Program-made: the position numbers and the translations under genes
Shown: positions 1 through 13,900 of the stretch, one piece after another
How positions within the stretch are numbered: the first letter of the stretch is position 1
Layout of the letters: each line of letters opens with the position of its first letter
Notes under the pieces: generated by a model
Databases searched by the model: none
What the model was told of the DNA's origin: nothing
The model's input: the letters and a program-made list of their open reading frames with translations, nothing else
DNA from: Octopus sinensis
Lineage: Eukaryota
Direction: 5' to 3'
Assembly: GCF_006345805.1 (NCBI RefSeq)
Contig: NC_043004.1
Location: 49,414,001-49,478,000, forward strand
Length of the DNA stretch: 64,000 nt

Positions 1-374
1 CGGTGTCGCTTGTTTACCGGGGCTAAGCCATTCCTTACGCTGCTTCATATTGATGTACATGTACCAAGATGGAATAAAGGGGCTTTTGCTAGCTTATCTC
101 TCTGAAAAAATAGCTCCCTTTTCTGTTGAAAAAAATAAACTCGCAGAGGGGAAGTTCCAATGTCTCATTTCAATTTCATTACACCATTTATGTGGTTGTT
201 TCTGACAAGAAATTTCATTTTCATGTAAAGCAATTATATTTTGTAATCATTATCCGCAATCTACTCTCAAAACACATCACTAGCTCTACCGCTTGCAAAC
301 TTATATGTTGTATGATCATTAAAGTGCAATGACCTCCACAATAACCGGCCTTCAATTTGATTTTCCGTTCCTAG

Positions 375-480
375 GTTAATCAGAAACGTAGATTGCCATG
401 CTATTCATAAACCTTCTTGGTAATTCGATTATTTGGTGAAGGAAATACCAGCAAAGCAACTTAAACCATCCAAAGGACAG
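375..480 (+). other. Candidate non-coding 5'UTR exon of RB1CC1
   Basis: Pyrimidine-rich acceptor ttttccgttcctAG|375 and donor ggacag|GTgcgt at 480/481. Unique sequence near the CpG-richer window start. Contains a 13-aa uORF (398-439). No transcript evidence. Confidence 0.35.
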
Positions 481-634
481 GTGCGTTTGCTGGTATATAT
501 ACATAAATAAAATTAATATAAACAGCAGTTTGCAAGGTTTCACCAAAAAGGAGAATTATAATTGTCACTAAATGTGACTAGGGTGTTATAAAATATAAAC
601 AATAGTCTGCAATGTTTCACTGTTTCTAACACCC

Positions 635-722
<88 letters not shown>

Positions 723-1935
723 TAAAAGATTTTTTTAATGTTTTGTTGAATTAAACAATCATTAAGTATTTGTAATTACTGCATTACATCAATGATTTAC
801 AAATTGAAAAATACTTCTCCAGCCCCATCACCAAGAGCTTTGTGAAAATTCCCCGCCCAACTTTGTATTAACAAGAAAACAAAACAGTTTGCATCCATGT
901 AGTTCTTTCTTTACCATGGCTTCATACAAGTATTATTTCATTAATTACACCAATTTTCTTTGGCTTCTTTTCTATCCTCACCTGCCTCCCCCCCCTACCA
1001 CCACCACCATGAGAAACACTGCTTTATATGCATATTTTTGATCGTATCACTTGTATTTATGATACTATACATTATTAGATTTATACTTTTATGTGAAACT
1101 ACCAAAGATACATACTGTGTGAATAAATGTACCAGTTCTAATATTTCTCTGTGAGCCTTGACTAGCCAAGCTGGGCACCACCCTGAAGGGTTTTAGTCAC
1201 CGGTTGTCAAGCAGTGGTGGGGACAAACACAAAGATACACATATGCATGCACACACACACACACACACAATGAATTTCTTTCAGCTTGTGTTTACCAAAC
1301 CTACTCACAAGGCTTTGGTCAGCCCAGGGTTATGGAAGACACTTGCCCACACTATGGTATTGAACCTGAAGCTATGTGTTTGGGAATTAAACTTCGTACC
1401 ACACAGCCATGAAAATTAACAATCTAGTGATGTGGTGTTTATAGTTTATGTACTGCATTCCTTCCATACAGTGTGTCCTTCAACATTACGTGTCCCTTAC
1501 AGCTTTAACTCACAAACTGACAAATATCAGATACAAAATAAAAGGTGGAGGGGAATATTTTTCTCTCCCATCTCTGTATTAATGAAAGTTACTAGACTGC
1601 AGCCATGCTGGGACACCACCTTCAAGAGTTTTTAGTTAAATGAATTGACCCCAGAACTTTTTTTTTAGCCTGGCACTTACTCTGTTGGTTTCCTTTGCTG
1701 AGCCGTTAAACTAGGATATAAATACACTGGTTGTCAAGCAGTTATGGGGGACAAACACAAAGAAAGGTATGTGCACACACACACACACACACAAATGAAG
1801 GGCTTCTTTCAGCTTCTGTCTACCAAATCCACTCACGAGGTTTTGGTTGAAGATGCTTACCCAAGGTGCTATGCTGTAGGACTGAATCTGGAACCAGAGG
1901 GTTGGGAAGCAAGCTTCTTACCACACTGCCATGCC

Positions 1936-2176
1936 AGGTAGGAGAGTCCACTTTGCTGGACATTGTTGTAGAGCTGAAAAAGAGGTAATTTCTACTCTTC
2001 TCCTCTGGAAGCCATCTACTCGCAATACCAGAGGGCGCACACTCTCCTACCCTGATGTAATCTCCAGGGATACAGGCATCCAGCAACAGGACCTCCGTAA
2101 TGCCATGATGGACCGTGAAGTCTGGCGTAGCATGGTAAATTCCATTGTCTCGACCACGGTCGAACAATGATGATGA
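1936..2176 (+). mobile_element. 5'-truncated RTE-type LINE 3' end inserted into a SINE
   Basis: ORF RRVHFAGHCCRAEKEVISTLLLWKP...DLRNAMMDREVWR, (TGA)n tail, 9-bp TSD tgccatgcc at 1927-1935 and 2177-2185. Confidence 0.82.
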
Positions 2177-2775
2177 TGCCATGCCTACACCTGTAACCAT
2201 ATGATTCTTTTTTTCTTTATGATGGTGTTGGACAAGTTTAAAAGTTTAAAATCCTTTTTATCATCATTATAACATCCACTTTTCCATGCTTGCATGGATA
2301 AGATGTAATTTTCGTGAGGTGGACTTACTATGACTAGATGCCCTTCCTGTCACCAACCTTCACCTGTTTTCAAGTAAGGTAATATTTCTGGCAGTGAGCT
2401 GGCAGAATTGTTAGCGCATTGGGAAAAACGCGTTGCAACATTTCTTCTGTTTACACGTTCTGAGTTCAAATTCTGTTGAGATCAACCTTGCCTTTCATCC
2501 TTTTGAAGGTCAATAAAATAAATACCAGTTAAACATTGGGGGCTGGTTACACCAACTTACTGTTTTCCCTGAAATTGCTGGCCTTGTGCCAAAATTTGAA
2601 ACCTATATTTCTCTTTGACCAAACATGCTTTCATGGAAGATTGCAAATGCAGGACACCACTTGCCTAACAGGGACATTCGTTTACAACTATTATGTGATG
2701 TGAAGGCAAGGAGACAGTAGTGCGCTCACACATAGACATGTGTGTGTGTATATATATATATATATATAGATATAT

Positions 2776-3330
2776 ACTTCTTTTACTTGTTTCAGTCATT
2801 TGACTGCGGCCATGCTGGAGCATTGCCTTTAGCTGAACAAATCGACCCCAGGACTTATTCTTTGTAAGCCTAGTACTTATTCTATCGGCCTTTTTTGCCG
2901 AACTGCTAAGTTACAGGAAGTAAACACACCAGCATCAGTTGTCAAGCGATGTTGGAGGGACAAACACAGAAACACACACATATACACATATATATATATA
3001 TAGACGACAGGCTTCTTTCAGTCTCCATCTACCAAATCCACTCACAAGTCCTTTGTCAACCCAAGGCTACAGAAGACACTTGCCCAAGATGTCATGCTGT
3101 GGGACTGAACCTGGAACCAGGTGGTTGGTATGCAAATTACTTACCACAAAGCCACTTCTGTGCCTATATATGTATGATGGGCTTCTTTCAGTTTCAGCCT
3201 ATCAAACCCATTCATAAGGCTTTGGCTGACCTGGAGCTATAGTACAAGACACTTGTGCAGCAACACTGGGATTGAACCCCAAACCATGTCGTTGGGAAGG
3301 AGGAAGGAAACTTCTTACCATCAGCCATCT
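2776..3330 (-). mobile_element. Family A SINE plus a tandem partial duplicate
   Basis: Reverse complement of the 10140 copy, with a second head region at ~3170-3330. Confidence 0.8.
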
Positions 3331-6090
3331 CTATACCTTTTGATTTTATTAAAACGTTAATTTGTCCATCATTTTTTCAATTTTCATATCACCTGCTTCT
3401 GTGATACTGCTTTCTCTGTGTACCATGTTTCTTCTCATGATTTATTAACAATCTGCACAGGAGAGGTGAATGGAGACAAATGTAGAAATAAGTCCAGCTA
3501 TACGGTGGATGCATATTCATTGAAGTAGTGGCGAAAATTAACAAATTTTTGTCTCAGCTGTCAAAGTTAAACAGCAGATCTTATTACTCATTCTTTATCT
3601 ATCTGTCTGTCTGTCTTCTCCATCTCTTTCTTCCTCACTATCTGTACCATGTCTGAGAAGCTTTCAAGTGATTTATAAAAGAAAAATTATAGACAGTTTT
3701 AATGTTTCTATTGTTAAGCAATTTCTATCTTCTTTAAATATCACAGCTCTCTTCAGAAGCTTAATTTATTAAACAGATCATCATCATCATCATCATCATC
3801 ACTGTCGTCCTAATGAGGTAGCATTGGTCTTAAAAGAAACACATGACCAATGAAAGGAAAGGTCAGAGGGGTAAAACCATGTATTACCTGACTATTCTGA
3901 CACTGGTGTTCCATGAATGGAAAAATTTCTTTCAAATCTGCTTTAAGTCAAGAGACTTGAACAAACAGCTCCTCAAGGATTTAGGAACCATTTACGTATA
4001 TTTAATAGTTTATTGATCATTGTTTCATGTCACCTAGCTGTCTGGAATAGAGTTCAAATCACTTGGAACTATGAGTTGGTTGGTTTGGTCTTATGAAATA
4101 ACAAAGGAACATTTATGTAGTAATTTAACTTGCTAAGGATAACAGTTGACTCTCTGAAATCTCCTTCTATTTGTTCTCTTCAAAGAAGACTGCATTGAAT
4201 AGTATAGTCTGTATAAAAGAAAAGGTGGTCATGGCCAGAACATATTTTATTATAGGTCTGCTGAATCAAGGCAGACCTGGAGATAAACAACAATAATTTG
4301 ATATCATATTTAGTCTGAGATTTATCTTTATCTAACAAACATTAAATCATACTGGTTTTCCTGCTGTAGTTCATTGTCCTTCGTAAGATCCTGGTGTGTC
4401 TTAAGACTGTTTGCATCTTGATGACTTAGATCAGCTTCTGTAAATCTCAAGTTTCTTCAGATATCATTGTGGTGGTTCAGTGCGATGTTTCTGTGATGTG
4501 AAATATTTTCTTGACTGTAGCTGAATGTCAGCTGAAGCAGCATCAATTAATGATCAATATTTCTGGGTAGACAGCTACCTACCTATCTTTCACTCTGATC
4601 AAAACCTGTTACTTTAATAACTAATAACTACTGGTACAATGATTTATGTCTTTGTTCCATTGTTGTGTGTTCTTATGATGTTATATGGGGCCTTCTCACT
4701 TCCTGACCAACCACTGTTCTATGTATCATATGTCTTGGCATTATGTTGCAAAATCTCTTCAGTAAATGAACAGTTTTTGTTTTATATTCCTGTATAACTC
4801 AGCTGCCTACTAATGGAAACTCTACTTGTTAACTACGACATTATTATGGAATTTGTTGTAGTAATTGTTTGGATTTTTAAAAGACTGGGATTGCTGTTTT
4901 GTTCATACAAAATGGTATTAGAAAGTGTCAGGAAAAACACCAGAAGGAAGAAACTGGAAATAAATACAGTAAAAAAAACTCCAACAATTGTTTAATAACT
5001 GTAAATATTATATCAAATGCAGGTGGTTTAATGGCAAAAATTGTAGCATGCTGCTTTAAATGCATTATAGTATTTAGTTCTGAGTTCAAATTTCATCAAT
5101 GTCATTTTTTCTTTTTTCATCTGTCTGGGATGAATTATCAGTTACATGCTTGGTTGATTCCTTTGACAACAACTCTTTCTTTAAAAGTTTGTGGCCTTGT
5201 GTGAGAAGTCAAAATTAAATCAGATAAATGAAAACTCAGCAGTTCTGATATGTCAAGGTTTTAGTTGGAATTTAAAGATATTCTAAAATAATATGGTTGA
5301 AAAGCCTCTGCTTGACAATAAGGAATGGCTTCAGGGTGTGTTGATTTCTTCTTTTGTGTTAGGATGTTTAGCCTGAAAGACAACTGTGGTGCTCTGTTTC
5401 AAAAACAAATTGTCCAGTCTATCACACTGTGTTCTACAAAGTAATTCACCACCCTAGCTTTATAGTGTGGGTTTCAAGGAGATATTGGTTGACCTCATGT
5501 GAACCACACTGAGATATTTGACCAGCTGATTGTGTACCAGGATCTTTTCAAAGAGCTAATTGGGGCTCTACAATAACTACTGCCCTAAGTCTCCTCTGAA
5601 CCTGCTGCTGTTACCATCTATCTCATTCTCAGTTTTGTATTTGAAAACAAAGTATCATACCATTCACCCACCTGAAACTGATGGACACAGTGTGATAGTA
5701 GTCAGCTACCTCACCACTCTATATTCAGGTCCCTGATGGGTGCAGTGTAATAGTCATCCACCTCATTGCTCTCTACTCAGGCCACTGGTCAACACACACT
5801 GTGATAGTAGTCATCTACTTCATTACTCTTTGGACAGGCTAGTGGTCAACACTGTGTAATACTTGTAACTTATCCCTATTTCTGCTGTAGCCATCGGTCA
5901 ACACAATTGGTAAGTATTATAGTAAGTTACCTCAACACTGTCTCTGAGCCATTTATTACATTTAACCCACCTGATGCTCCCCTTGCTTCTATGGTACAAA
6001 CTTCTGATTGTGAAGTGATTTAAAGTAAAATTTCTCGTTAATTTGTGTTAAAAACTACCAGCTTAATAATGATAAATTGTTTTACTATAT

Positions 6091-6303
6091 TACTCTTTAC
6101 TCTTTTACTTGTTTCAGTCATTTGACTGCGGCCATGCTGGAGCACCGCCTTTAGTTGAGCAACTCAACCCCGGGACTTATTCTTTTTGTAAGCCCTGTAC
6201 TTATTCTATTGGTCTCTTTTTGCTGAACTGCTAAGTGACGGGGACGTAAACACACCAGCATCGGTTGTCAAGCAATGCTAGGGGAACAAACACAGACATA
6301 CAA

Positions 6304-6335
<32 letters not shown>

Positions 6336-6509
6336 TATATATATATATATATATATAATATATATATATATATATACATATATACAACAGGCTTCTTTCA
6401 GTTTCCGTCTACCAAATCCACTCACAAGGCATTGGTCGGCCCGGGGCTATAGCAGAAGACACTTACTCAAGATGCCACGCAGTGGGATTGAACCCGGAAC
6501 CATGCGCCT
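6091..6509 (-). mobile_element. Family A SINE inserted in a P1 MITE
   Basis: Reverse complement of the 10140 copy, with MITE sequence on both sides. Confidence 0.82.
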
Positions 6510-8058
6510 ATTCTTTATTATTTTTGAAGTTAATTTAAATAAAAAGGGTGTATTTCACCAGGAATATGGTAACAAAAGGGTTAGCCCTTTTAATACCAAG
6601 CTGCCTGAGTTTGCTCATACACAAGACTTCATATTTAATAATTTAGTCAAATTCTTAATGATAATGTTGCATTTCAGGAGGTAAATATGTCATTTTTGTT
6701 TTACAGTATTCCAAACATCACCTTAATGTACCAATATACATTTAAAAAGTTTGTAAATCATCCATGAATTATTTTCACAGTTAATTGTGGCATGTAGGCC
6801 CTCTAATTTTCTTAGAAATATGGCCATAAAAAGGTCAGCACAATCTGTTAGTTATTAGGCCAAGATAGTTCATTTATTCCTCTACCCATGCATTTTTCTC
6901 TCTGTATGCACACGCATACATGTGTGTAGTATGTGTACTGTTTACACTGTGGTTCAAACTCTTTGTATGGTTATGTGTATGTTAATGTACACATACATGC
7001 ACACAAATATTTATTCACACACATGTGAACACACACACACACATACACATTCATGCACACAACAATGACTCACTCTCCTCCTCTCTGCATTGTCATCATT
7101 GCACTGCATCATGGGAGTTATACATCTTACAATATCTATTGATCTGTTACTACTACTACTACTGCTGCTGCTGCTGTTGCAAATACTATCACCACAACCA
7201 CTATTATCACTGCTGCCAATCATATATTGATCTATATCCATGATCCTGCTACCTTTTCTATCATCATCATCACCATTGCCAACTCTACTGCTATTCCAAG
7301 TGAGCAACTGTGCAGTCACTCGACCTGCTAGAGATAGTAGCCAAGTCTCCCTCAAATCACACCATCTTATATAAAATAGACAGTGATGCAATGGGACAAT
7401 GTAGTCCCTGATGCACAGAGAAAGCAAGAGGGAATGGCTGGAATGCCTTTGATCAGGGCTGACCTAGGGTTAAACAGTAGCAAGAATTCATGGTTGTGTT
7501 AGTGGCAAGCAGCATCACTGACTCACCACCACCACCACCACCACTACTACTGCTGCTGCTGCTGCTGCTGCAAGAGCTGTCCAAGCATACCTAATGTAGA
7601 TAGGAAAACTACATTTTCTTGTCTCCCCTACTATTACTGACTGGATTTTCAAAGTTGTTTAGCCCCAGGTCAACTCTGATCCAGTAGACCTATGAACAAA
7701 GACGTTCCAACTGTGACTATTCCATCTTTTATTTTGACCTAATGTATTTAGGACAACATTATTGACAAGGCTTTTTTTTTTTTTTATAACAGTAGGGTGT
7801 ACTTTACAGGGATTTGCTTGCTATTTCTAGCAGATCAAGTGCTCTTGGATACCCTCTTCTGGGATGGTGATAGCAAGGTAGTGATAATGATGGTGGTGAT
7901 GAAAGTGGTGTGGTAGTAATGTAGTGTTTTACTCTCACATGGGTTATGTAGTACTAGCTGGTGGTGATGCTCTTATATTGGTGCAAGAATACTGTGATAC
8001 TAATGTGTACTGGAGTTGTTTTACTCTAGCATTAGTATTGTAGTGATGGCACTACTAA

Positions 8059-8288
8059 TGGTGAGCTGGCAGAAACGGTAGCACGCTGGGCGAAATGCGT
8101 AGCTGTATTTCGTCTGTCGTTACGTTCCGAGTTCAAATTCCGCCGAGGTTGACTTTGCCTTTCATCCTTTTGAGGTCGATAAATTAAGTACCAGTTATGC
8201 ACTGGGGTCGATGTAATCGACTTAATCCCTTTGTCTGTCCTTGTTTGTCCCCTCTGTGTTTAGCTCCTTGTGGGTAGTAAAGAAATAT
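8059..8288 (+). mobile_element. Family B (Nin/Deu-domain) SINE
   Basis: gagctggcagaa...gagttcaaattcc...gcctttcatccttttgaggtcgataaattaagtaccag. Same family as the 50739 copy. Others at ~2390-2605, 28470-28682 and 59835-60040. Confidence 0.83.
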
Positions 8289-9384
8289 ACTAATGGTGTG
8301 CAGTACAGTAATAACGTTAGTAGTGGTACTAACAGTAGTAGAATGTGTAGCTATGGTGCAAATAGTAGTAGATGGTATAGTAGTGGTGGCAAAAATAGTG
8401 CTCCCCCCAACTACTGTTCACAGTTTGTGGACTGTAGCTGTTGTGTTTGTGTTTGCTGTGATATTTTGGCTCCAGCCAGTAAGAAAGTCATTATATAGTC
8501 ACTCAACTTGTAAGAAACAGCAGCCTAATTTCACACAAATTACATTCTATGGACTTGAAGAAGGAAGCATAGATACAGTGGACTATGAAGCCCTACAAGA
8601 TATTAAAAGAAAAAGGTGGTCACAACTGGTGTGACTATAGGTTTTGTGCAGTCAGACTTGGGCCCAAAAACAGCAACAATGCTGTTGCTGTGGATGGAAC
8701 CGCTGTCTTCTGACAGTTCACACAGGCTGTAACTAGAATAGCTGTCTTGTCTGTCAGTCACAGCTGTATATCTTTTATGTAATTAAAAGTGCAGGTATAC
8801 AGCAGTATATGAACTATACACTATGCTGTATAGAAACAATATATATATATGTGTGTGTATATATATATGTATATTATGATAATAATAATAATATTAGGGA
8901 ATTAGTTATATATATATATGTGTGTGTGTGTATTTATGTATATTCTAAAAGACATCGTAGCTGTATAGACTGATATTTGTCTAGACAGTTATTGAGGTTG
9001 CTTTGCTGTGTTTACAGTATAGATTTATCATACATAATATATAAAAATGTCTGGAGAAAAATAAAAGCATGTGACTTTATAATTGTGTATCTGTGTCTGT
9101 AAGAGTGTGTGTGTGTGTAAACTTACAATTTTGATAGAAAATAGCAATGTATTTTTGGGGTATCTTACTCTGAAAATATTCCAACAAACCTCTATATTCT
9201 CTGCCTGTCCTCTCATTTTGATCAAATGTTGTTGTAGGCTGTATGTGTATCTGATTTCATCTGTTCTTTAATTGATGAGCTAAAATACAACCAATTTGCC
9301 ATAATATTTCAGTGGAATTCTACATAAGCAAGAATCTCCATTTGGTATTTACTGTAAACAACTCCTTTCCATTGTCAGAACTAA

Positions 9385-9423
<39 letters not shown>

Positions 9424-10139
9424 GACTTTTCCTATACTTAGGGTGGCATGTATGTCAAACCTTAGATCACTATTTCAGGTATTTAGCTGATACCTTATAT
9501 ATTACTGTGTGCAAAGTGTAATTTTGCATGATGGGAAGATATGGGCACTGAATGCAGTAGGTGTATGAATGACAGGAAGAAAGGAAGTGTGCTTGATGGT
9601 AATGTCAACATATATTATTGATGGGGCAGAAGTGACCGAAGGAAGAGAATGGGCATATGACAGGAATTGGTTACAGTGTGCAAGAAATATGTGATGCATA
9701 GAATGCATGACAGTTGGGTGAAGCAAAGATAACACTTTCCATACTACAAATGCCATATTAATGGTTAAAAGATGTATATCAGCATCTCTGGGATTTTATG
9801 GCTCTGTGAGTGATGCATATATCTACCATTGGTATTTCATAGCTATAGATAAAAGACACTTCTATGTGTCTGTGGCATGGAGAGTGTTCAATGAATCAAT
9901 TGGAAGAAGCAGGGGAAAGAAGACCAAGGAAGAAGTGGTGTTGGCTGACCTCTGGTTGCTGAGCCTCCCAAAGGAGATAAAAGACTGCGACAAGCAGTGA
10001 GGTTTTTGTAATAGAGAAGACCTCTTCAACCAGTGGATGTGAAAGTGATGGTGATTGATTAATATCTTATACATGCTACTCAATATTTTCTTCTGCAAAG
10101 TTTGCTTTACCATGACTGTTATAGGAAGTTAAAGATATA

Positions 10140-10554
10140 GGCGCAAGAGTGGCTGTGTGGTAAGTAGCTTGTTTACCAACCACATGGTTCCGGGTTCAGT
10201 CCCACTGCATGGCACCTTGGACAAGTGTCTTCAACTATAGCCTCGGGCCGACCAAAGCCTTGTGAGTGGATTTGGTAGACGGAAACTGAAAAGAAGCCCG
10301 TCGTATATATGTATGTATATATATATATATCTATCTATGCATGTGTGTGTTTGTGTATCTGTGTTTGTCCCCCTCGCATTGCTTGACAACCGATGCTGGT
10401 GTGTTTATGTCCCCGTTACTTAGCAGTTCGGCAAAAGAGACCGATAGAATAAGTACTGGGCTTACAAAAGAATAAGTCCTGGGGTCGAGTTGCTCGATTA
10501 AAGGCGGTGCTCCAGCATGGCCGCAGTCAAATGACTGAAACAAGTAAAAGAGTA
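10140..10554 (+). mobile_element. tRNA-derived CORE-like SINE (family A, similar to octopus OR-type), full length
   Basis: A box tggctgtgtgg, B box ggttcagtccc, caccttggacaagtg, internal (TA/TG)n, 3' end cagcatggccgcagtcaaatgactgaaacaagtaaaagagta. More than 12 copies in the window. Confidence 0.85.
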
Positions 10555-11479
10555 TATGCCTTCATTTAGCTGAAATAAGTAACTGAACTAGTTATTTATT
10601 TATTTATTTATTTCATTATTGAATATCTATTTTTGCATGTTGGCATGATTTAGACACAGATTTGCTATTACTTGATCCAGCTTCATCTTGGCTGGGACTC
10701 TTAACATTGTGCGATCTAATCTCATTACTTCCTCCTGCATCTCCCACAAACCTCTGTTGCTATGGTGGCTTTCTATTGACAGCATACAACAGTTGTCTTC
10801 CATTTTTCACATCACATGTCCATACCAGCCTGTCTGACTGCCTTTAATACCCAGTCTCCCCCTCTCTCATCTCTTTTAGTTCTCTCCACCATTCATACAT
10901 GTTCCACATTCAATGCTTTTCTCTCATTACTCATTGCATTTTACTCCTTTCATAGTATTCTGAACCTGTGTCATTTAAAACATTTTATTGTGTGTGTGTG
11001 TGTATGGTAGCCCATTAGTTTCATAGTTTGGGGCGCTTGAGCTAATTGTTAAATACCATAAAACTAAATATGACTATAATTTGTCAGGCTATTAATTTCA
11101 TCTTTAGAGATGAAAAATATTTTAGTATTTACATTTATAATTCGCTTTGATTGGTCTCAGCTCTTAATGTTTACTGTTTTATTACTAGATGTGTACACAG
11201 TAGTGAACTGGTTTTGAACTCGGATCATTTATTTCTAAACTAAGATAGTAATAAAGCTCTCATCCACTGGGCTACTAATGGATGTGCTATTAGTCAACAC
11301 TCTGTAGGTTGTTTAGCCATTTTGTTATATTTCTATTGAAATGTACTGCTTTTATTGACGTTAATTTTGAAAATAATGAATTTGGTGAAATAACTTGGTC
11401 ATTATTATATTAGTATTAGTATTTGAAACATAAATTAATATAAAATTTTGATGGAAAGCTTCTATTTAGATCTCTTTAA

Positions 11480-11700
11480 CCCTTTTGATACCAACCCGGC
11501 CAAAACCGCCTCTGGTTCTGTAGTACAAATGTCTTGTTTTCATAAGTATTGAATTAAAATCTTCCACCAAACCTTAGTCACAATTTATGTTCCTAACACC
11601 AGCTTAATTATTGCTAAGTTATTTTACTAAATTCTTTGTTATATTTAAAGTAATTGAAAGAAACACAGAGCATCTCAAAATAAATATGGTAACAAAAGGG
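11480..11700. mobile_element. TTAA-flanked piggyBac-type MITE (family P1), nested in an older related copy
   Basis: ttaa-CCCTTTTgatacc...ggtaacAAAAGGG-ttaa. Related copies at 12420-12626 (inverted), ~21725-21928 and ~5963-6580. Confidence 0.75.
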
Positions 11701-12419
11701 TTAAAGTATGAAGTTTGTGTCATTGTACCAAAGATGGTGTCAAGTGGTTTGAGCTAATCTCAGTACTGTGCTTATTGACTGGCCTTTTCAGCAAGCCTTT
11801 ATACTGTTTCTTTCTGTAGTTTTCCATTGTCATTTGTTGTCAACAGCTTCATTGGGTGTCAGCAACATCTGTCTTGTTTTTTCATTTGTTTTTCCATGCT
11901 TATGCTTATGAATGGATCTTCTTCAATACAGCTTCTCACTACTTGTTGCTGTCTTTTGTCATCTTCATAAAGTTCTGTAACCTGAGACCAGACTTCACTT
12001 CTCCCCATGTCTTCTCTACAGCAAGTCCCTTCTATTTGAATTATTTGTCACTTCTTTGCACATTTGTCATCCTCCCCATGTTTCACATGTCTGTACTAGC
12101 TTAGTCTTCTGTCTTGTACACTACATCTGATGCTTACTTAGTTCTTTTTCTCAGTTCATTTGTACTCCATTGTTTATATACGGTAACATTACACATCCAG
12201 TGGAGCTTCTTGCCTTATTTCTTTCCAGCCTTCACACATCATCTGCATTCACTGTACATGTTTAACTCTTTAGTGTTTAAATTGGCCATATCTGGCCAGA
12301 ATATTATCATTGTTTTATGTTCAAACTTATGAGATTCAGCCTCTCATACCTACCCTACAATGTCATTCTAAAGATAATCACATCATCAAAATCTTTTATA
12401 AATTGAAAGATTATATTAA

Positions 12420-12626
12420 CCCTTTCATTACCGAATTTATTTTGAGATGCTCTGTGTTTCTTTCAGTTATTTTAAATATAACAAAGAATTTAGTAAAATT
12501 CAGCTAGTGTTAGGAACATAAATTGTGACTAAGGTTTGGTGGAAAATTTTAATTCAAAACTTATGAAAACAAGACATTTGTACTACAGAGCCAGAGCCGG
12601 TTTCAGCCAGGTTGGTAACGAAAGGG
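12420..12626. mobile_element. piggyBac-type MITE (family P1), inverted relative to the 11480 copy
   Basis: ttaa-CCCTTTcattacc...ggtaacgAAAGGG. Internal sequence is the reverse complement of 11480-11700. Confidence 0.7.
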
Positions 12627-13275
12627 TTGAATAAGAGGGTGATGAGCATTGAAGGACACCTGCTGTTTGCTGAATTCTTCATTGAATTTGTTGATAAATC
12701 TCACTTTACTGATACAATTTTTGTGCACGGCTTGCACAACTCTTATAAGCCACTCATCTATAACTTGTTTTTAATTTTTTTATTTGTTCTTTTTTAGTGA
12801 CTACCAGGCATAATAGTCATTGACTTGGAGAGAGCCAGGTTAATGAATGCTAATGCATAGTGACTTGATCTAAGAACTTGTTGTTGCACTAGGAACAGGA
12901 TTTTACTGGTACCCTGTTTTGGTATAAATTGAAGCTGCTTTTCATCTAGGCTAATTCTTAATCAATAAGCTGGTCCAAAAGTTTGATGAGTCTGTAACTG
13001 CTTCTCTGTAATGTATCTTATTTTCTCCTGAAGAACTTGGCTGTGATGTTACTATACTAGTTGCTGGGTATGACACCATCTCGTTTTACCTGATAGGCTA
13101 GTGGTGTAAGATACAAGTCACTAGCCTGTGCCTTATTCCACTAGACAACCTCAATAACTACTCTTGATATTCATAATTTTTTTTTTATTTCAGTAACTAT
13201 CCCTCATAATTCCCTTGCTTTTCTTAGCCATGTATCATTAATGTCCACTTTGACCATGTGATTATCTTTCAATAG

Positions 13276-13317
<42 letters not shown>

Positions 13318-13444
13318 GTTCGTCCTTCGGGTTCGAAGATGACCATTGACATCATTTGGTGGAAATGCTGCTATGAGACCGGAGGTGGCTGGTGAGGCCA
13401 ATCCGGGCAAGAAAGCCCCTCCCACATATATATATATATATAGG

Positions 13445-13900
13445 CTATTGTTGTTTTACTCGGTAGATTGTACAACGTATGTGTGCGAACTGCCATGCTT
13501 CACAGCAGTGAAACATGGGCCGTGACTGCGGAGGACATGCGTAGGCTCAAAAGAAATGATGCTAGCATGATCCGCTGGATGTGTAATGTCAGTGTGCACA
13601 CACAGCAGAGTGTAAGCGCTCTGAGAGAAATATTGGACATAAGAAGCATCAGATGTAGCGTGCAAGGGAGACATTTGCGCTGGTATAGTCATGTACTACA
13701 GATGGATGAGGAGAGCTGTGTGAAGAAGTGTCACTCCCAAACAGTTGAAGGAATCTGGGGTAGATGCAGACCCAGGAAGACATGGGATGAGGTGGTGAAG
13801 CATGACCTTCGAACGTTGGGCCTCACAGAGGCAATAACGAAAGACTGAGACCTCTGGAGATATGCTATGACTGCGAAGACCCGGTAAATAAAGTGAGTTT
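13445..13900 (+). mobile_element. RTE-clade LINE fragment (C-terminal region after RT)
   Basis: YNVCVRTAMLHSSETWA...LRWYSHVLQMDEE...GRCRPRKTWDEVVKHDL motifs typical of RTE/BovB ORFs. Confidence 0.85.

Noticed and set aside
10-17. FoxO DBE motif TTGTTTAC near the putative gene start
   Set aside because: A single 8-mer in an AT-rich genome is expected by chance, and the TSS is not established.
6265-6684. Recurrent ORFs such as RQASFSFRLPNPLTR / CHAVGLNPEPCGW
   Set aside because: Translations of family A SINE copies, not genes.
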